DNA of 64,000 nucleotides. Origin: Verrucomicrobiia bacterium (GTDB lineage Bacteria; Verrucomicrobiota; Verrucomicrobiia; Limisphaerales; UBA1319). A program made the position numbers and the translations under genes. The notes beneath the pieces were generated by a model, which had not been told where the DNA came from, ran no database searches, and saw only the letters and a list, made by a program, of their open reading frames with translations. The stretch spans positions 32,001 through 96,000 of the forward strand of contig OY760937.1 of assembly GCA_963664225.1 (NCBI GenBank), given 5' to 3'. Positions 51,201 through 61,511 of this stretch are shown piece after piece. Each line of letters opens with the position of its first letter. The first letter of the stretch is position 1.

Positions 51201-54200
51201 CGGCAGGCGAGACCAACTTCAGCTATGTCACAAACTACACTTACGCGGACTATGTTTATGTGGGTGGTCTCTTCAAGCGCATGGGCGGTGGTTACGATCG
51301 TAACAACGAACTCTCGCGGTATAACTTCGCCCGTGTGATCGGCGGCGCAACACCCGGACCGGGCAATATCCAATTCGCCGCGCCCAATTATACCATCGAT
51401 GAAAACGGCGGACGGATTTATATCACCATGGTTCGCACCAACGGAAGTTTGGGGGCTATTGCCGCCAATGTCGCCACTCTCGATCCGCCTGCGGGACCCG
51501 GTGTGGCCGTGGGTGGCCGGGATTACTACAGCACGAACAGGAATGTGGCCTGGACCTCGACCTACGGACAAGGTTGCGGAGACGACCGCCAGGTCAGTTC
51601 AGCGCGCATGGGACCCAGCAACCGTACTGTGGATACGAACCAGGCCTTGTGCGATTTCGATCCCCATGCCGATGGTTTTGCGCCAGCCCGGTTTTCCAAT
51701 CCTGACAGCGATGATTTCTTTGTGACGATGATTGACAATTCAACCATCGATGGAGACCGGGTGCTCAATCTCAAGATCACCCAGCCAACATCCACGCTGA
51801 CCCTGGGCGGCATCCCGATTCCCTTGGGATTTGCCCTCGGAAAAGTGGACGCCACTTTGAACATTGTGGATAACGATATGATCCCGGGAACGCTCGGGTT
51901 CAGCACCAAATTTTATTCCATCATAGAAAATGGGAAAAGGGCGGCGATCGGTGTTACACGCGTGGGAGGATCGGGTGGAGACGTTTCCATTGCTTATACC
52001 ACGAGCGATGGAACGGCGAAGGCGCGCAAGGATTACACCGCGACGCAAGGACGGCTCTATTTCGCCTCCGGCCAAACCACAAACACGATCTATGTGCCGA
52101 TCATCGACAATGCGATCGCTGAACTGGACAAAACGATCAACCTGACACTGTCCGATCCATCGGGCTTCCCGGCGAACTGGCCCGTCAGCGCGCGCCTCGA
52201 TCCGAACAGGGCCACTTCCGTCCTCAGCATCATCGATGATGATTTCGCGCCCGGACGCATGAGTTTTCTGCAACCCGACTTCACGGTCGGAGTGAACGAC
52301 GGGACGGCCACAATCACCGTCAAGCGCAGTGGAGGCGCTCTGGGAGATCTGCGGGTGTCTTTTGCCACAAGCGATGGCACGGCCGTCAACGGCGTGAACT
52401 ACCTCGGAACCAATGGAACACTGTTCTGGGTGGACGGGGATATTAGTCCGAAGACCTTCACAGTGCCCATCCTGAACAATTTCGAGGTTGGCACGAATCG
52501 GACGATCAACATCGCCCTTTCAAATTCGTATGTGAACAATCAGTTCAACACGAACGCGCTGGGGTTGACGAGCGCCACGCTGACCATTCAGAACAATAAC
52601 TCGTATGGCGTGCTGGGCTTCAGCCGGCCCGCCTACGTGGTGGATGAAAAGAGCGCGCAAGCGATTGTCACGGTTCTACGCTCCGCCGGTTTGTCCGGCA
52701 TCATCAGTGTCGATTATACGACGGCGAATGTGAATGCGACGGCGGGTGTGAATTACCGGACGGCACGCGGGACATTGACCTTTGGCGTCGGCGAAGCCAG
52801 CAAGACGTTTGTTGTGCCGATATTGGACGATGGCGTGCTGACGGGCGACAAGGTGCTGCGTTTGAGTTTGTCGAACGCCGTGGTCGTTGCCCTTGGAACC
52901 AATTCTCCCTCGCTGATGGGATATCAATCCACGGCGCAGGTGACCATTGTGGATCGGGAGCTGTCCAACACGCCTGCGGGATCGCTGGACCGGTCGTTTG
53001 TTTCGGCTGAAGGCGCCGACGGCTTCATCTATGGTCTGGCACTTCAGGCGGACGGTAATTTACTCCTGGGTGGCGATTTCACCAAGATCAACAGCGTTAA
53101 CAAGAATCGGGTGGCGCGGCTGACCACGGCTGGAGCCCTGGATTTCAGTTTCGACGTTGGCTCCGGGCCCAATGGCTCCGTGCGCAGTATTCAGGTTCAA
53201 AACGACAACCGGATTCTGGTGGGCGGATTGTTCACCACCTTCAATAACATCAACCGAAATTACATTACGCGGTTGAACGTGGACGGTGCCAACGATCCGA
53301 CATTCAATCCCGGAGCGGGCGCTGATAATCCGATCTATGCAACCGCTTTGCAGGACGATTCCCGCATTCTTGTGGGTGGCGATTTCGCCACATTCAACGG
53401 TGTAAGCCGCCGTCATATCGCGCGCTTGAACACGAACGGTGTGGTCGATGTGACCTTCGATCCGGGCATCGGCACAGATGGCAGCATCTATGCCCTGGCT
53501 GTTCAGCCGGACGGGAAAATACTCATTGCAGGTGACTTTAACACCTATAACAACCAGGCCATCAAACGGATTGCGCGGTTGAACTCCAACGGCGCGCTGG
53601 ATGCGAGCTTTAATCCCGGCGTTGGAGCCAACGCGGCCATTCGCGCCCTCTGCCTTCAGAGCGATGGAAAGATGCTCATCGGCGGGTTGTTCACCAACGT
53701 GAGCGGGATCGCCCTGTCCGCTGTGGCGCGCTTGAATAGCGACGGCACGGTGGATTCAGCCTTCCACCCCGGAGCGGGCGCCGACAATGCCGTCTATACC
53801 ATCGCGCTTCAGGACGATGGCAAGATTGTGTTGGGCGGAGATTTCCTGCACTTCGGCGGCATCAATCGCAGTCGCCTGACGCGTTTGAATCCCGATGGCA
53901 CACCCGATCCGACCATCAATATTGGAACCGGCGCAAATGCGTTTGTGTCCTCCCTTCTGGTGCAGCCAGACCGGAAGATTGTGTTTGTCGGCGGGTTCAC
54001 CAGTTTCGACGGCAATCCCAAGAAATACATCGCGCGCATCGAAGGCGGGGCGATGGCCGATAGCGGGAGTCTTGAGTTCAGCAGTTCGATTTACCGGGTC
54101 ATGGAAAACGAGACCAACGCCGTGGTCACCGTGCGCCGCACCGGTGGAACACTGGGCCAGGTTTGGGTCAATTATGAGACGTTATTGGCTGGCTCGGCCA

Positions 54201-57193
54201 AAGCCAACGCGGACTATGTGCCTGCCAAAGGCACGCTCACCTTCCAGGAAGGCGAGACATTCCAGACGTTCCTTGTGCCTTTGATCGACAACAATCAGGT
54301 GACCGGGGATCTGACCGTTAACCTGGTGCTTTCGAACTTCGTGGGCGCTCAAGTGGGTAATCAGCCCACGGCGACCATCGTCATTCAGAACAACGACAGC
54401 GAAATTGGATTCAGCCTGCCCGGTTACAGCGTGAATAAGAACGTGTCGGGACGCAACGCGGTGATCACCGTGCTGCGGAATGGAGCGACCAATACCCTCG
54501 CGCAGGTCAGTTTCCTGACTGCGGGCATCACGGCGGTGACCAATGTCAACTACCTGCCTGTGGCCGGAGTGCTGACGTTCAACCCCGGAGAGACCTTGAA
54601 GACCTTTGCCGTGCCGATCCTCACGAACAACCTGGTCGAGGGCGACAAATTGGTGCGCCTCATCCTGTCCAATCCAACGGGCAACGCCGTGCTGGGGCAG
54701 GCCTCATCGGTGCTGACCATTGTCGATGACAATTATGCGCCCGGTGTCTTGAACTTCTCCGCCGGTAATTACTATGTGGACGAAAACGGTGTGGCTGCTT
54801 TGATCACGGTCACGCGCACCAACGGCAGTTCGGGCATCGTCCAGGTCAGCTTCGCCACACGGGATGGCTCCGCCGTCAGCGGAATCGATTACGTGGGAAC
54901 GAACGGCATCGTGGCTTTTGCCGATGGCGAGTCAACGAAGTCATTCCTGGTTCCGGTCCTCAACGATTTGATCATGGAGGACGACAAGACCCTGGATGTC
55001 ATATTGTCTAATCCGATTGGGGGCGCCAAACTGGGCAACCTCACCAACTCGATTCTCACTGTGGTGAATAACAACTACATCTACGGGAACATTGTTCTCA
55101 GCTCGGCGAGTTTCATCGTGGTTGAGGCAAAAACGAATGTGGTCGTCACGGTTTCGCGGAAAAACGGAACGGCGGGCATCGTGAAGGTCGATTATTTGAC
55201 GACCGACGGGACGGCGATTAACGGCATCAACTATACGACCACCAGGGGTTCTCTGATTTTTGCCGATGGCGAAACGACCAAGACCGTGGTGATCCCGATT
55301 CTCAAGGATAATCAGGTGAGTCTGGCGAACAAGACCTTCACGTTTGCCGTGCAGAATCCGGTTGGCGGCGCGACCCTGGGGTATCCCCGGTCGAGCCAGA
55401 TCAGCATCGTGGATTCAGACCTCATGATTGGGTTCGAGACGGACAAGTTGACGGTGCGCGAGGATGCGGGCAAGGCCACGCTGAATGTGAGCCGATCCTT
55501 TGGCGGACCCGCGACCCTGACTGTGGATTACGCGACGGCGGACGGCACGGGACATGACGGCACGAACTACGCCGCAGTGTCCGGTCGCTTAATCTTCAGC
55601 ATTGGCGAATACTCCAAGACGGTGACCGTGCCGATCATCAACAACGACCTGATTGAGGGCAACAAGACGGTAAAAGTGGTGCTGTCCAATCCATCGGACC
55701 GCGCGGTCCTGGGCACCAACACAGCCACCATCACCGTCCTGGACGATGACGGCAGCCTGATTGTTCCTTCTGGATTTGCGCTGGTGGGCGAAGAGGCGCC
55801 TGCGAACGGAGTGATCGATCCCAACGAGAGGGTGACCATCGAGTTCGGATTGCGCAATGTGGGCCGCCGCGATACGACCAACTTGTGGGTGACATTGCTG
55901 GCCACCAACGGTGTGACCCTGCCGAGCACCAATCAGAATTACGGCGTGCTTGTCGCCGGCGGACCTTTGCTGGCGGTGCCGTTCACCTTCACGGCCGTAG
56001 GACAAACGGGCGCGACCATTGTCGCCACGTTCGATCTGCGAGATGGCGACATGCCTCTGGGACAAACCACGTTCGCATTTTCACTGGGCAGTTCCGCGGC
56101 TTCGTTTGCGAATACCGGATCGGTGGTCATTCTCGATCATGCCGCAGCGGTTCCGTATCCGGCCAAAATCACCGTATCTGGAATGCCTGGACGCGTGAGC
56201 AAGGTGGTGGCCACACTCGATGGCTTTGGACACGGCTATCCCGGGGATGTGAACGTGCTCCTGGTGAGTCCGACGGGCGAATCCGCCATACTCATGGCCG
56301 GGGCGGGGGATGGAATCACGGTCACGAATCTGGTTCTGACCTTCGACGATGCCGCCGCCACCCTGATGCCCAGCACCAATCGGCTGACGAGCGGGACCTA
56401 CAGACCCTCGAATTTCAAACAGGGCGTTCGTTTCTCCAGCCCGGCGCCGACAGCGCCCTACGGCAGCGAATTGTCCGCCTTCAAGGGAATCAATCCCAAC
56501 GGCACATGGTCCTTGTATGTGCTCGACGACACCCCGTTGGATTCGGGCGCCATTACACGTGGCTGGCGGTTGAACCTGACCACTGTCAAAGACTTGAACA
56601 ATACGGCTGATCTGGCGATTGGTATGGAAGGTGTTCCCTCCCAGACCCAGGTCGGCGCCAATATTCACTATACACTGTTTGCGACGAACTTGGGGCCGTT
56701 AACGGCAACAGGTGCCACCATCACCAACGATCTGCCCGCTGGATTAAGCTTCGTCTCGGCGAATCCAAGCAAGGGAAGCGTCGCCTTGGTTAACCGGCAA
56801 TTGGTGCTCAGCTTCCTGGTGCTGACGAATGGTGAGTTTGCGAAGGCGGATATAACGGTCGCTGTCACCAACGCGGGAACCATGAACTTCAAGGCGCGGA
56901 TTGGTGGATCTGAGACGGATCTGCGTCCCAGCAACGATCAGACGAGTGTGACGATCGTTGCCATAAATCCCGAACCTCCCAAAGTGGGATCGGCATCGAT
57001 GTTGCCCGATGGACAATTCCAGCTCACGCTTACCGGCGTGGCGGGTCAGGGCTTCCTCATCGAAAAATCGATCGACCTGAAGTCGTGGAATCCAGTGTTA
57101 ACCAACACATTCCAAGGCAGCCTGTATCAATTCATTGATCCCAGCGCGACGAATACGCCCTATCAGTTCTACCGGGCACGTTCCAATCCGTAG
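48269..57193 (+). CDS. Giant Calx-beta plus Delta-60 repeat protein with proprotein-convertase P-like and DUF11-like domains (about 2970 aa)
   Basis: Same repeats; H.YPGDVNVLLVSPTG...NGTWSLYVLDD..D.G.I..W.L (P domain); ADLAI...TNLGP..ATG..ITNDLP.GLSFVS (DUF11); terminal QFYRA. Confidence 0.88.
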   Translation: MRTSEMKALVKYGRPQLWSAACAAVLLLLTVAGLHAQTTNVPPAVVQFASATYTVEENTPGYAVVTVRRTGDLFGDINSVDYTATDGTAVGGIDFLPVSGTLEFFPGQNYQSFFIWIFDDFIQNGNRTINLTLSNPVGTNLVMGAQSAAVLTIIDDESANNYSSSGVVEVAPGNSLNIGSNRGDYEITQEEWRWRDSDDGPRGAQVTIVRRGGTKGKVLVDFYTTTNIVPSYVSSIYSYYYDFFYGYAGGYALPGVHFIPTNGTVALEDFQTSTNILIKIPPISYGHNFTTNTFGVTNVDFTFTIPPSSFGVGLTNLRAAPEEDPSLIQPVLGVSVRNVNVIDNTDGFSFIRMHHVVDEGVGIANVYVYRSADLRESVTVRAWVNDRSSGSSEGDHQWNSFPLEAESDYASAFLDYLPPGSGAWWRAITPADQSPGSGDCVFTWPALDIGDNQGCKVIRIPIIQDNLVEFAEDMKIELYQREGDVGFINQWCAYSTLTIKFDDQVAGAADRDFNRENDALTSPPYNLVPGANKPVQAIVVQPDGKIVIGGDFTAFNTTPRNSIARVNQDGQLDTSFNPGLGADNYVSAVALQPDGRILIGGGFTSVNASLRYGIARLLPNGAVDPTFNPGIGADGPVRAVSLQSDGKILIGGEFIYYNGTNRNYLARLNSDGSLDTTFDPGDGPNGPVYSMALTAGAMNINRQASGGQAEDRFPVDSGSMQGSITVTYDFLTIPDTLRIYNGNDLLLDTGLINGVGTVTVPYSGSSSYLTVVINEGNNSSEGTQWRYSLAINPVVDERPVIGGNFTSFNGIEMNYVTRLNPDGSVDQSFTPGTGPDDVVYAVAKQGNKVVIGGAFTSVDIRNRRGVARLNEDGTLDTTYDTGSGTDNTVYSITVQANGQAVLGGVFNAFNGTRRIGLLRLNLDGTLDTSFMDTAYNQFAGVIAPLSRENPLTQPNFISAVAPYRQTSASVFVVTNITTAGETNFSYVTNYTYADYVYVGGLFKRMGGGYDRNNELSRYNFARVIGGATPGPGNIQFAAPNYTIDENGGRIYITMVRTNGSLGAIAANVATLDPPAGPGVAVGGRDYYSTNRNVAWTSTYGQGCGDDRQVSSARMGPSNRTVDTNQALCDFDPHADGFAPARFSNPDSDDFFVTMIDNSTIDGDRVLNLKITQPTSTLTLGGIPIPLGFALGKVDATLNIVDNDMIPGTLGFSTKFYSIIENGKRAAIGVTRVGGSGGDVSIAYTTSDGTAKARKDYTATQGRLYFASGQTTNTIYVPIIDNAIAELDKTINLTLSDPSGFPANWPVSARLDPNRATSVLSIIDDDFAPGRMSFLQPDFTVGVNDGTATITVKRSGGALGDLRVSFATSDGTAVNGVNYLGTNGTLFWVDGDISPKTFTVPILNNFEVGTNRTINIALSNSYVNNQFNTNALGLTSATLTIQNNNSYGVLGFSRPAYVVDEKSAQAIVTVLRSAGLSGIISVDYTTANVNATAGVNYRTARGTLTFGVGEASKTFVVPILDDGVLTGDKVLRLSLSNAVVVALGTNSPSLMGYQSTAQVTIVDRELSNTPAGSLDRSFVSAEGADGFIYGLALQADGNLLLGGDFTKINSVNKNRVARLTTAGALDFSFDVGSGPNGSVRSIQVQNDNRILVGGLFTTFNNINRNYITRLNVDGANDPTFNPGAGADNPIYATALQDDSRILVGGDFATFNGVSRRHIARLNTNGVVDVTFDPGIGTDGSIYALAVQPDGKILIAGDFNTYNNQAIKRIARLNSNGALDASFNPGVGANAAIRALCLQSDGKMLIGGLFTNVSGIALSAVARLNSDGTVDSAFHPGAGADNAVYTIALQDDGKIVLGGDFLHFGGINRSRLTRLNPDGTPDPTINIGTGANAFVSSLLVQPDRKIVFVGGFTSFDGNPKKYIARIEGGAMADSGSLEFSSSIYRVMENETNAVVTVRRTGGTLGQVWVNYETLLAGSAKANADYVPAKGTLTFQEGETFQTFLVPLIDNNQVTGDLTVNLVLSNFVGAQVGNQPTATIVIQNNDSEIGFSLPGYSVNKNVSGRNAVITVLRNGATNTLAQVSFLTAGITAVTNVNYLPVAGVLTFNPGETLKTFAVPILTNNLVEGDKLVRLILSNPTGNAVLGQASSVLTIVDDNYAPGVLNFSAGNYYVDENGVAALITVTRTNGSSGIVQVSFATRDGSAVSGIDYVGTNGIVAFADGESTKSFLVPVLNDLIMEDDKTLDVILSNPIGGAKLGNLTNSILTVVNNNYIYGNIVLSSASFIVVEAKTNVVVTVSRKNGTAGIVKVDYLTTDGTAINGINYTTTRGSLIFADGETTKTVVIPILKDNQVSLANKTFTFAVQNPVGGATLGYPRSSQISIVDSDLMIGFETDKLTVREDAGKATLNVSRSFGGPATLTVDYATADGTGHDGTNYAAVSGRLIFSIGEYSKTVTVPIINNDLIEGNKTVKVVLSNPSDRAVLGTNTATITVLDDDGSLIVPSGFALVGEEAPANGVIDPNERVTIEFGLRNVGRRDTTNLWVTLLATNGVTLPSTNQNYGVLVAGGPLLAVPFTFTAVGQTGATIVATFDLRDGDMPLGQTTFAFSLGSSAASFANTGSVVILDHAAAVPYPAKITVSGMPGRVSKVVATLDGFGHGYPGDVNVLLVSPTGESAILMAGAGDGITVTNLVLTFDDAAATLMPSTNRLTSGTYRPSNFKQGVRFSSPAPTAPYGSELSAFKGINPNGTWSLYVLDDTPLDSGAITRGWRLNLTTVKDLNNTADLAIGMEGVPSQTQVGANIHYTLFATNLGPLTATGATITNDLPAGLSFVSANPSKGSVALVNRQLVLSFLVLTNGEFAKADITVAVTNAGTMNFKARIGGSETDLRPSNDQTSVTIVAINPEPPKVGSASMLPDGQFQLTLTGVAGQGFLIEKSIDLKSWNPVLTNTFQGSLYQFIDPSATNTPYQFYRARSNP

Positions 57194-57210
57194 GCATCAA
57201 GTGGGATGTC

Positions 57211-57246
57211 AAAAAGGCGCTCTCGACGTGGGAGCGCCTTTTTTTT
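57211..57246 (+). terminator. Rho-independent terminator (potentially bidirectional)
   Basis: AAAAAGGCGCTCTC-GACGT-GGGAGCGCCTTTTTTT just after stop at 57193. Confidence 0.85.
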
Positions 57247-57284
57247 GGCGTCCAGGGATGAGGCTCCATTGAAAAAACGGTGGA

Positions 57285-60059
57285 ATGGAACTTGCTTCCA
57301 GTTCAAGGCATTGGGTAATGAATCGTAATATTATCATGAAGACAGGTTTGGTCCATTGTTGCTCAGTAGGGTGGCATTCATTTCCTTGCGTTTCTTCCAA
57401 TTACGCCAGCCGCCTCGGCCGGAACATGCTGGCTTTGATGTTGGCGCTTTCATTTCTGGCCATTGATTCTGCGAGGGCGGCGGAAACGGTGTATGAATTT
57501 CGGATGCCAGGGATGAATCGTTTTGCGGCGGCGCCCGGTTCTTCGTTGACGCCCCTTTCTTCCGAGCCGCAACGCTGGGTCAGGGCTTTCGGGCGGAACG
57601 GGCGCGATGAAACCGTGGAATTTGGGGATCGCGTGGTCCTGCAACTGGCTCCGAACGTCAATTTCGCCCGTGTACTGAATGGGAGTCCACTGCGGTTGAC
57701 ACGGTCGTTCACGCCCGGTCTGAATGTTTTGCAGGCAGCCGATGCGCCTGCCGCCATGCGGGAAGCTCACCGGTTGAGCGCCCTGGCGGGTGTCGAAGTG
57801 TGTTATCCGATTGTAAGGAAGACTTTGGCCAAGAGTTATAAATATGTTAAAAAGCCAAACGATCCCTATTTCCAGCATCAATGGAATTTCGAGAACCGCG
57901 ATGGCACGGGGGCTTCGGCGGGAGCGGACACAAACATGCGCGGCGCCTGGGCGGTGGGGCGCGGCGCGGGCGTGTTGCTGGCCGTGGTCGATGACGGCAT
58001 TGAACTGACGCATCCTGATCTGGCGGACCGTGTGGCGGGAGCGCCCCATTATAATTTTTACGAAACCTCCACCAATGGATTGCCCGAGTCCGACCTTAAC
58101 GGGCACGGGACCGCCGTGGCGGGACTGGCCGGCGCCACAGGGAACAACGGACGGGGGATCAGCGGCGCGGCCCCGGAGGTTCAATTGGCCAGTTGGGTTA
58201 TATTCGGGCCTAATGACGAATCTCCCGCCGACGACGTAATGGCGGCGATGTTCGAATACAAGATGGATATGGTCTCGGTGCAAAACCATAGCTGGGCGCA
58301 TGCGGGCACGGCCTTGACCGACTCGACACCTTTGGAAAAGGCCGCTATTTCCAATGCGGTCCATAACGGCCGGGGAGGGCGCGGGGTGTTTCTTGCACGC
58401 GCCGCCGGCAATGGCCGGACGGATTCGAGCGGACAGGATATTTTGCAGGATGCCAACGACGATGGATACAACACCACGCCGCTGGTCTCCGTGGTTGCCG
58501 CAGTAAGATCGGATGGCCAGATTGCCAGCTATAGCAACCAGGGCGCGAACATCCTGGTGGCGGCTCCGAGTGACGACGGCGACCCTTCGTTTCCAACGAT
58601 TTTTTCGACCGACCGGCTCGGGGACAAGGGTTATAACAGGATTAGCTTTACCAACGACCTGGCGGACTATTGTTTCGACAGCAACGGTTTCGGCGGAACC
58701 TCTGCGGCCACGCCGCAAATTGCGGGGCTCGCGGCCCTTCTTTTCTCCATTAATCCGGAACTAACCTACCGGGACGTGCAGCAGATCCTGGCGTTGTCCG
58801 CGCGGCATTTCGACGCCGGCGATCCGGAAGTGCAAACCAATGGGGCGGGCTTTGCCATCAGTCACAACGACGGTTTTGGAGTTCCTGATGGCGGCGCGGC
58901 GGCGCGGTTGGCGCGAATTTGGAAATTGCGGCCGGCGCAAACCAACGTGACACTGACCTCAAGCAATGCTTACGCCATTGCAACCGGTGGCCTGCGGTTG
59001 CTCATCACCGGGGAGGACATTCCTGACAATATTACCAACGTGGCGTCGGAGGGGGCGAATGCGAGCTACCCGGACGCTCCCACGGGCGTGTTTCCGCTGG
59101 TGGACGTGGGGCGGGCCACAATCCAGCTTACAAACGATTTGCGCGGCAAGGCGGCATTGATACAGCGGGGCGATGTGAACTTTTCCGTAAAAATCGACTT
59201 TGCCGCACAAGCCGGCGCGGCTTTGGCCGTCGTTTACGACAACCGGGACGGCACCAATTTGCATCACATGGGCGGAACGGACCGGGCTGCGATTCCCTCG
59301 GTATTCATTGACCAGAATGATGGTGAGGCGATTTTAGCCCAGGTCAACCAGGGCAAAACGGTCAATGCCCAGTTCCAACTGGTCAAAACAGAGTATCAAT
59401 TCGAAGTGACCAACGCGTTGACTTTGGAGCATGTGGCGGTGCGGTGCGGTTTCGATTATCCCTTCCGTCCGGACCTGCGGGTCACCCTTGTTTCGCCCCA
59501 CGGCACAAAGAGCATTTTGCAGCATTACGACTCGGATGCCTCCGCCGCACCCACGGACTGGACCTACATTTCGACACAACATTTTTTTGAAGGCAGCATT
59601 GGAACATGGACCTTGAGTGTGAGCGGGGCCTCCGACCAGACCACTGGCAGTGTTAACTTTGCAAGCCTGACCCTTTACGGCGTCGGCATTGAAGATTCGG
59701 ATGCAGACGGCCTGGATGACGTTTGGGAGATGGCCCACTTCCGCACCCTGGCGTATGGACCTGCGGATGACCCGGATAAGGACGGATATTCGAATGCGCG
59801 GGAATATTTGATGGGAACCAGTCCCAGGGTCAAGGATGAGCCGTTGGCCATCGAAATGTCATTTTGGAACGATTCCACTTTGCGTTTAAGCTGGCCCGGT
59901 GTGGCCAGTCAACCTTACGAGATATGGTCCGGAGACTCGTCAATGGAGATGTCGTTCCAAACCAATGTGACTGGCCGTTTTCCAGAAACGGAATGGTTTA
60001 ATGCATTCACCAACACTGGAAGCCGGTTCTTTGAGATTCGCACCTTAAAGACGCCTTGA
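57285..60059 (+). CDS. Exported S8 (kexin/furin-like) serine peptidase with PA and P domains (true start probably 57336-57426)
   Basis: Triad VVDDG, HGTAVAG, GGTSAATP; oxyanion AAGNG; LTYRDVQ; PA GKAALIQRG...F..K...AQAGA; P domain LEHVAV...DLRVTLVSPHGT. Confidence 0.92.
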   Translation: MELASSSRHWVMNRNIIMKTGLVHCCSVGWHSFPCVSSNYASRLGRNMLALMLALSFLAIDSARAAETVYEFRMPGMNRFAAAPGSSLTPLSSEPQRWVRAFGRNGRDETVEFGDRVVLQLAPNVNFARVLNGSPLRLTRSFTPGLNVLQAADAPAAMREAHRLSALAGVEVCYPIVRKTLAKSYKYVKKPNDPYFQHQWNFENRDGTGASAGADTNMRGAWAVGRGAGVLLAVVDDGIELTHPDLADRVAGAPHYNFYETSTNGLPESDLNGHGTAVAGLAGATGNNGRGISGAAPEVQLASWVIFGPNDESPADDVMAAMFEYKMDMVSVQNHSWAHAGTALTDSTPLEKAAISNAVHNGRGGRGVFLARAAGNGRTDSSGQDILQDANDDGYNTTPLVSVVAAVRSDGQIASYSNQGANILVAAPSDDGDPSFPTIFSTDRLGDKGYNRISFTNDLADYCFDSNGFGGTSAATPQIAGLAALLFSINPELTYRDVQQILALSARHFDAGDPEVQTNGAGFAISHNDGFGVPDGGAAARLARIWKLRPAQTNVTLTSSNAYAIATGGLRLLITGEDIPDNITNVASEGANASYPDAPTGVFPLVDVGRATIQLTNDLRGKAALIQRGDVNFSVKIDFAAQAGAALAVVYDNRDGTNLHHMGGTDRAAIPSVFIDQNDGEAILAQVNQGKTVNAQFQLVKTEYQFEVTNALTLEHVAVRCGFDYPFRPDLRVTLVSPHGTKSILQHYDSDASAAPTDWTYISTQHFFEGSIGTWTLSVSGASDQTTGSVNFASLTLYGVGIEDSDADGLDDVWEMAHFRTLAYGPADDPDKDGYSNAREYLMGTSPRVKDEPLAIEMSFWNDSTLRLSWPGVASQPYEIWSGDSSMEMSFQTNVTGRFPETEWFNAFTNTGSRFFEIRTLKTP

Positions 60060-60150
60060 TGGAAGTGTTGGAGACCCGCAGCCGGCATTCGGTTCTGCGG
60101 AAGCCGAAATGCTTGAGGGGAATTTACGCGGCCACTGACCGTCTGAAAGC

Positions 60151-60178
60151 AAAAAGCCACCATTTTAATGGTGGCTTT
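60151..60178 (-). terminator. Rho-independent terminator between convergent genes
   Basis: AAAAAGCCACCATT-TT-AATGGTGGCTTT; U-tract on the minus strand. Confidence 0.7.
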
Positions 60179-60220
60179 GCCAATTATGTAATTAATACCT
60201 GGTGCGCCAACTGAACGACA

Positions 60221-61024
60221 TCACCTGATCAAAATCGCATCCTGCAAACGCTTCAAATCACGGTCATTCGCGCGTTTTGGCGGATAAAAGTCCAGTTGCT
60301 TGATCGTTGGCGTGGTGGGTTCCAACCATTTCCAAATTTCCGCGTGGCCATCCGCAAAGGACAGACTGCCACTTTTGTTATGTCTCGCGGAGGGCGCATT
60401 CTGAAAATCGCTGGGATTGGTTCCCACCGGAATGGCGAAATAACCGTCATCGATGGTGTAATCGTTCTCATCAATGAAGACCATGCACCGGACCGGATCC
60501 GGTTTCTTGATGTCGGTCAACTTGCGAAAATCGGGATAAGTCGGGCCTTGGACCCAATCCACATCGCTGTTCATTCGTCCATTCATGGAGAAGCTGCGAA
60601 CTTTGGAAATAGTTGTGGGAGCGTTGTTGATGACGGCTGCTTTATCTGCGGGACAACGATAGGTATCGAGCGCGGCATTGTATTTATAAAGCAGGCCAGA
60701 TCGGATATCGCTCTGGTTGGTAACGCCAGGGAATGCGGCCACATTGTTTCTGATCCACGCGTAGGTGTCGCTGATATGGTTGGGCACCAGCACCTCGTTG
60801 TAGTCTCCCGAATAAAGAACCCATCCCATGGTCAGTTGCTTCAAGTTGCTGATGCATCGGATGCCGAGGGTTTTGGACTTTGCCTTGCTAAGGGCGGGCA
60901 ACAACATGCCCGCCAGAATGGCAATAATGGCGATAACCACGAGCAGTTCGATGAGCGTAAACCCGGAGCGCCGGGAGGGCTGTAAATTCTGAAATGATTT
61001 TGACAGGGTCATAATTACACACAT
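60221..61024 (-). CDS. Prepilin-type N-terminal cleavage/methylation protein with H-X9-DG motif (PVC DUF1559-like)
   Basis: [30 protein letters not shown]...[24 protein letters not shown]. Confidence 0.9.
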   Translation of the reverse strand: MCVIMTLSKSFQNLQPSRRSGFTLIELLVVIAIIAILAGMLLPALSKAKSKTLGIRCISNLKQLTMGWVLYSGDYNEVLVPNHISDTYAWIRNNVAAFPGVTNQSDIRSGLLYKYNAALDTYRCPADKAAVINNAPTTISKVRSFSMNGRMNSDVDWVQGPTYPDFRKLTDIKKPDPVRCMVFIDENDYTIDDGYFAIPVGTNPSDFQNAPSARHNKSGSLSFADGHAEIWKWLEPTTPTIKQLDFYPPKRANDRDLKRLQDAILIR

Positions 61025-61511
61025 TTGGTTTACAGGATTCGCCCTATATCTAACTTAAATCCCGTTGGCCGTCCTTCACAATGACGCCTCATATTAGGAT
61101 TTTATGGCCAGTGCTCACCGCAAGTTTCTTTGACCGCTCTCAAGCTAAACCACGATGTATTTTCACGCAATGGGGCTTTTCAATGTCGATTCATTCGGGG
61201 AGGAACGATAATCTTCCAAAGGAGTGAAAAGCTGCAACAGGTTGGGGTGGAGATTCTACAATGGAAGCGTGGCGGCGGATTGCCGTTGTGCGTGCCTTGT
61301 GTTGCGATCTCATAAGCCACCGCTTCGAGACGGGGGACATGTCGGGCTGAATCGTTAAACCGCGTGCAATGGCTCTTTGCCTCCTGTCGCAGGGTCGGGG
61401 AAATTTGTGTGCGTGACAAATTTCCGGGATTCAAAAACACCGCGCTCCACTGGTGGCAAAATGGGAAACACAGCGTTTGATCCGGGCATTGGCTCTGATA
61501 CATTGAGAACA

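Noticed and set aside
15891..61000. Numerous long antisense or overlapping ORFs (e.g. 15891-17033, 25523-26737, 29776-31053, 57450-58718)
   Set aside because: They are shadows of well-supported genes in GC-rich DNA.
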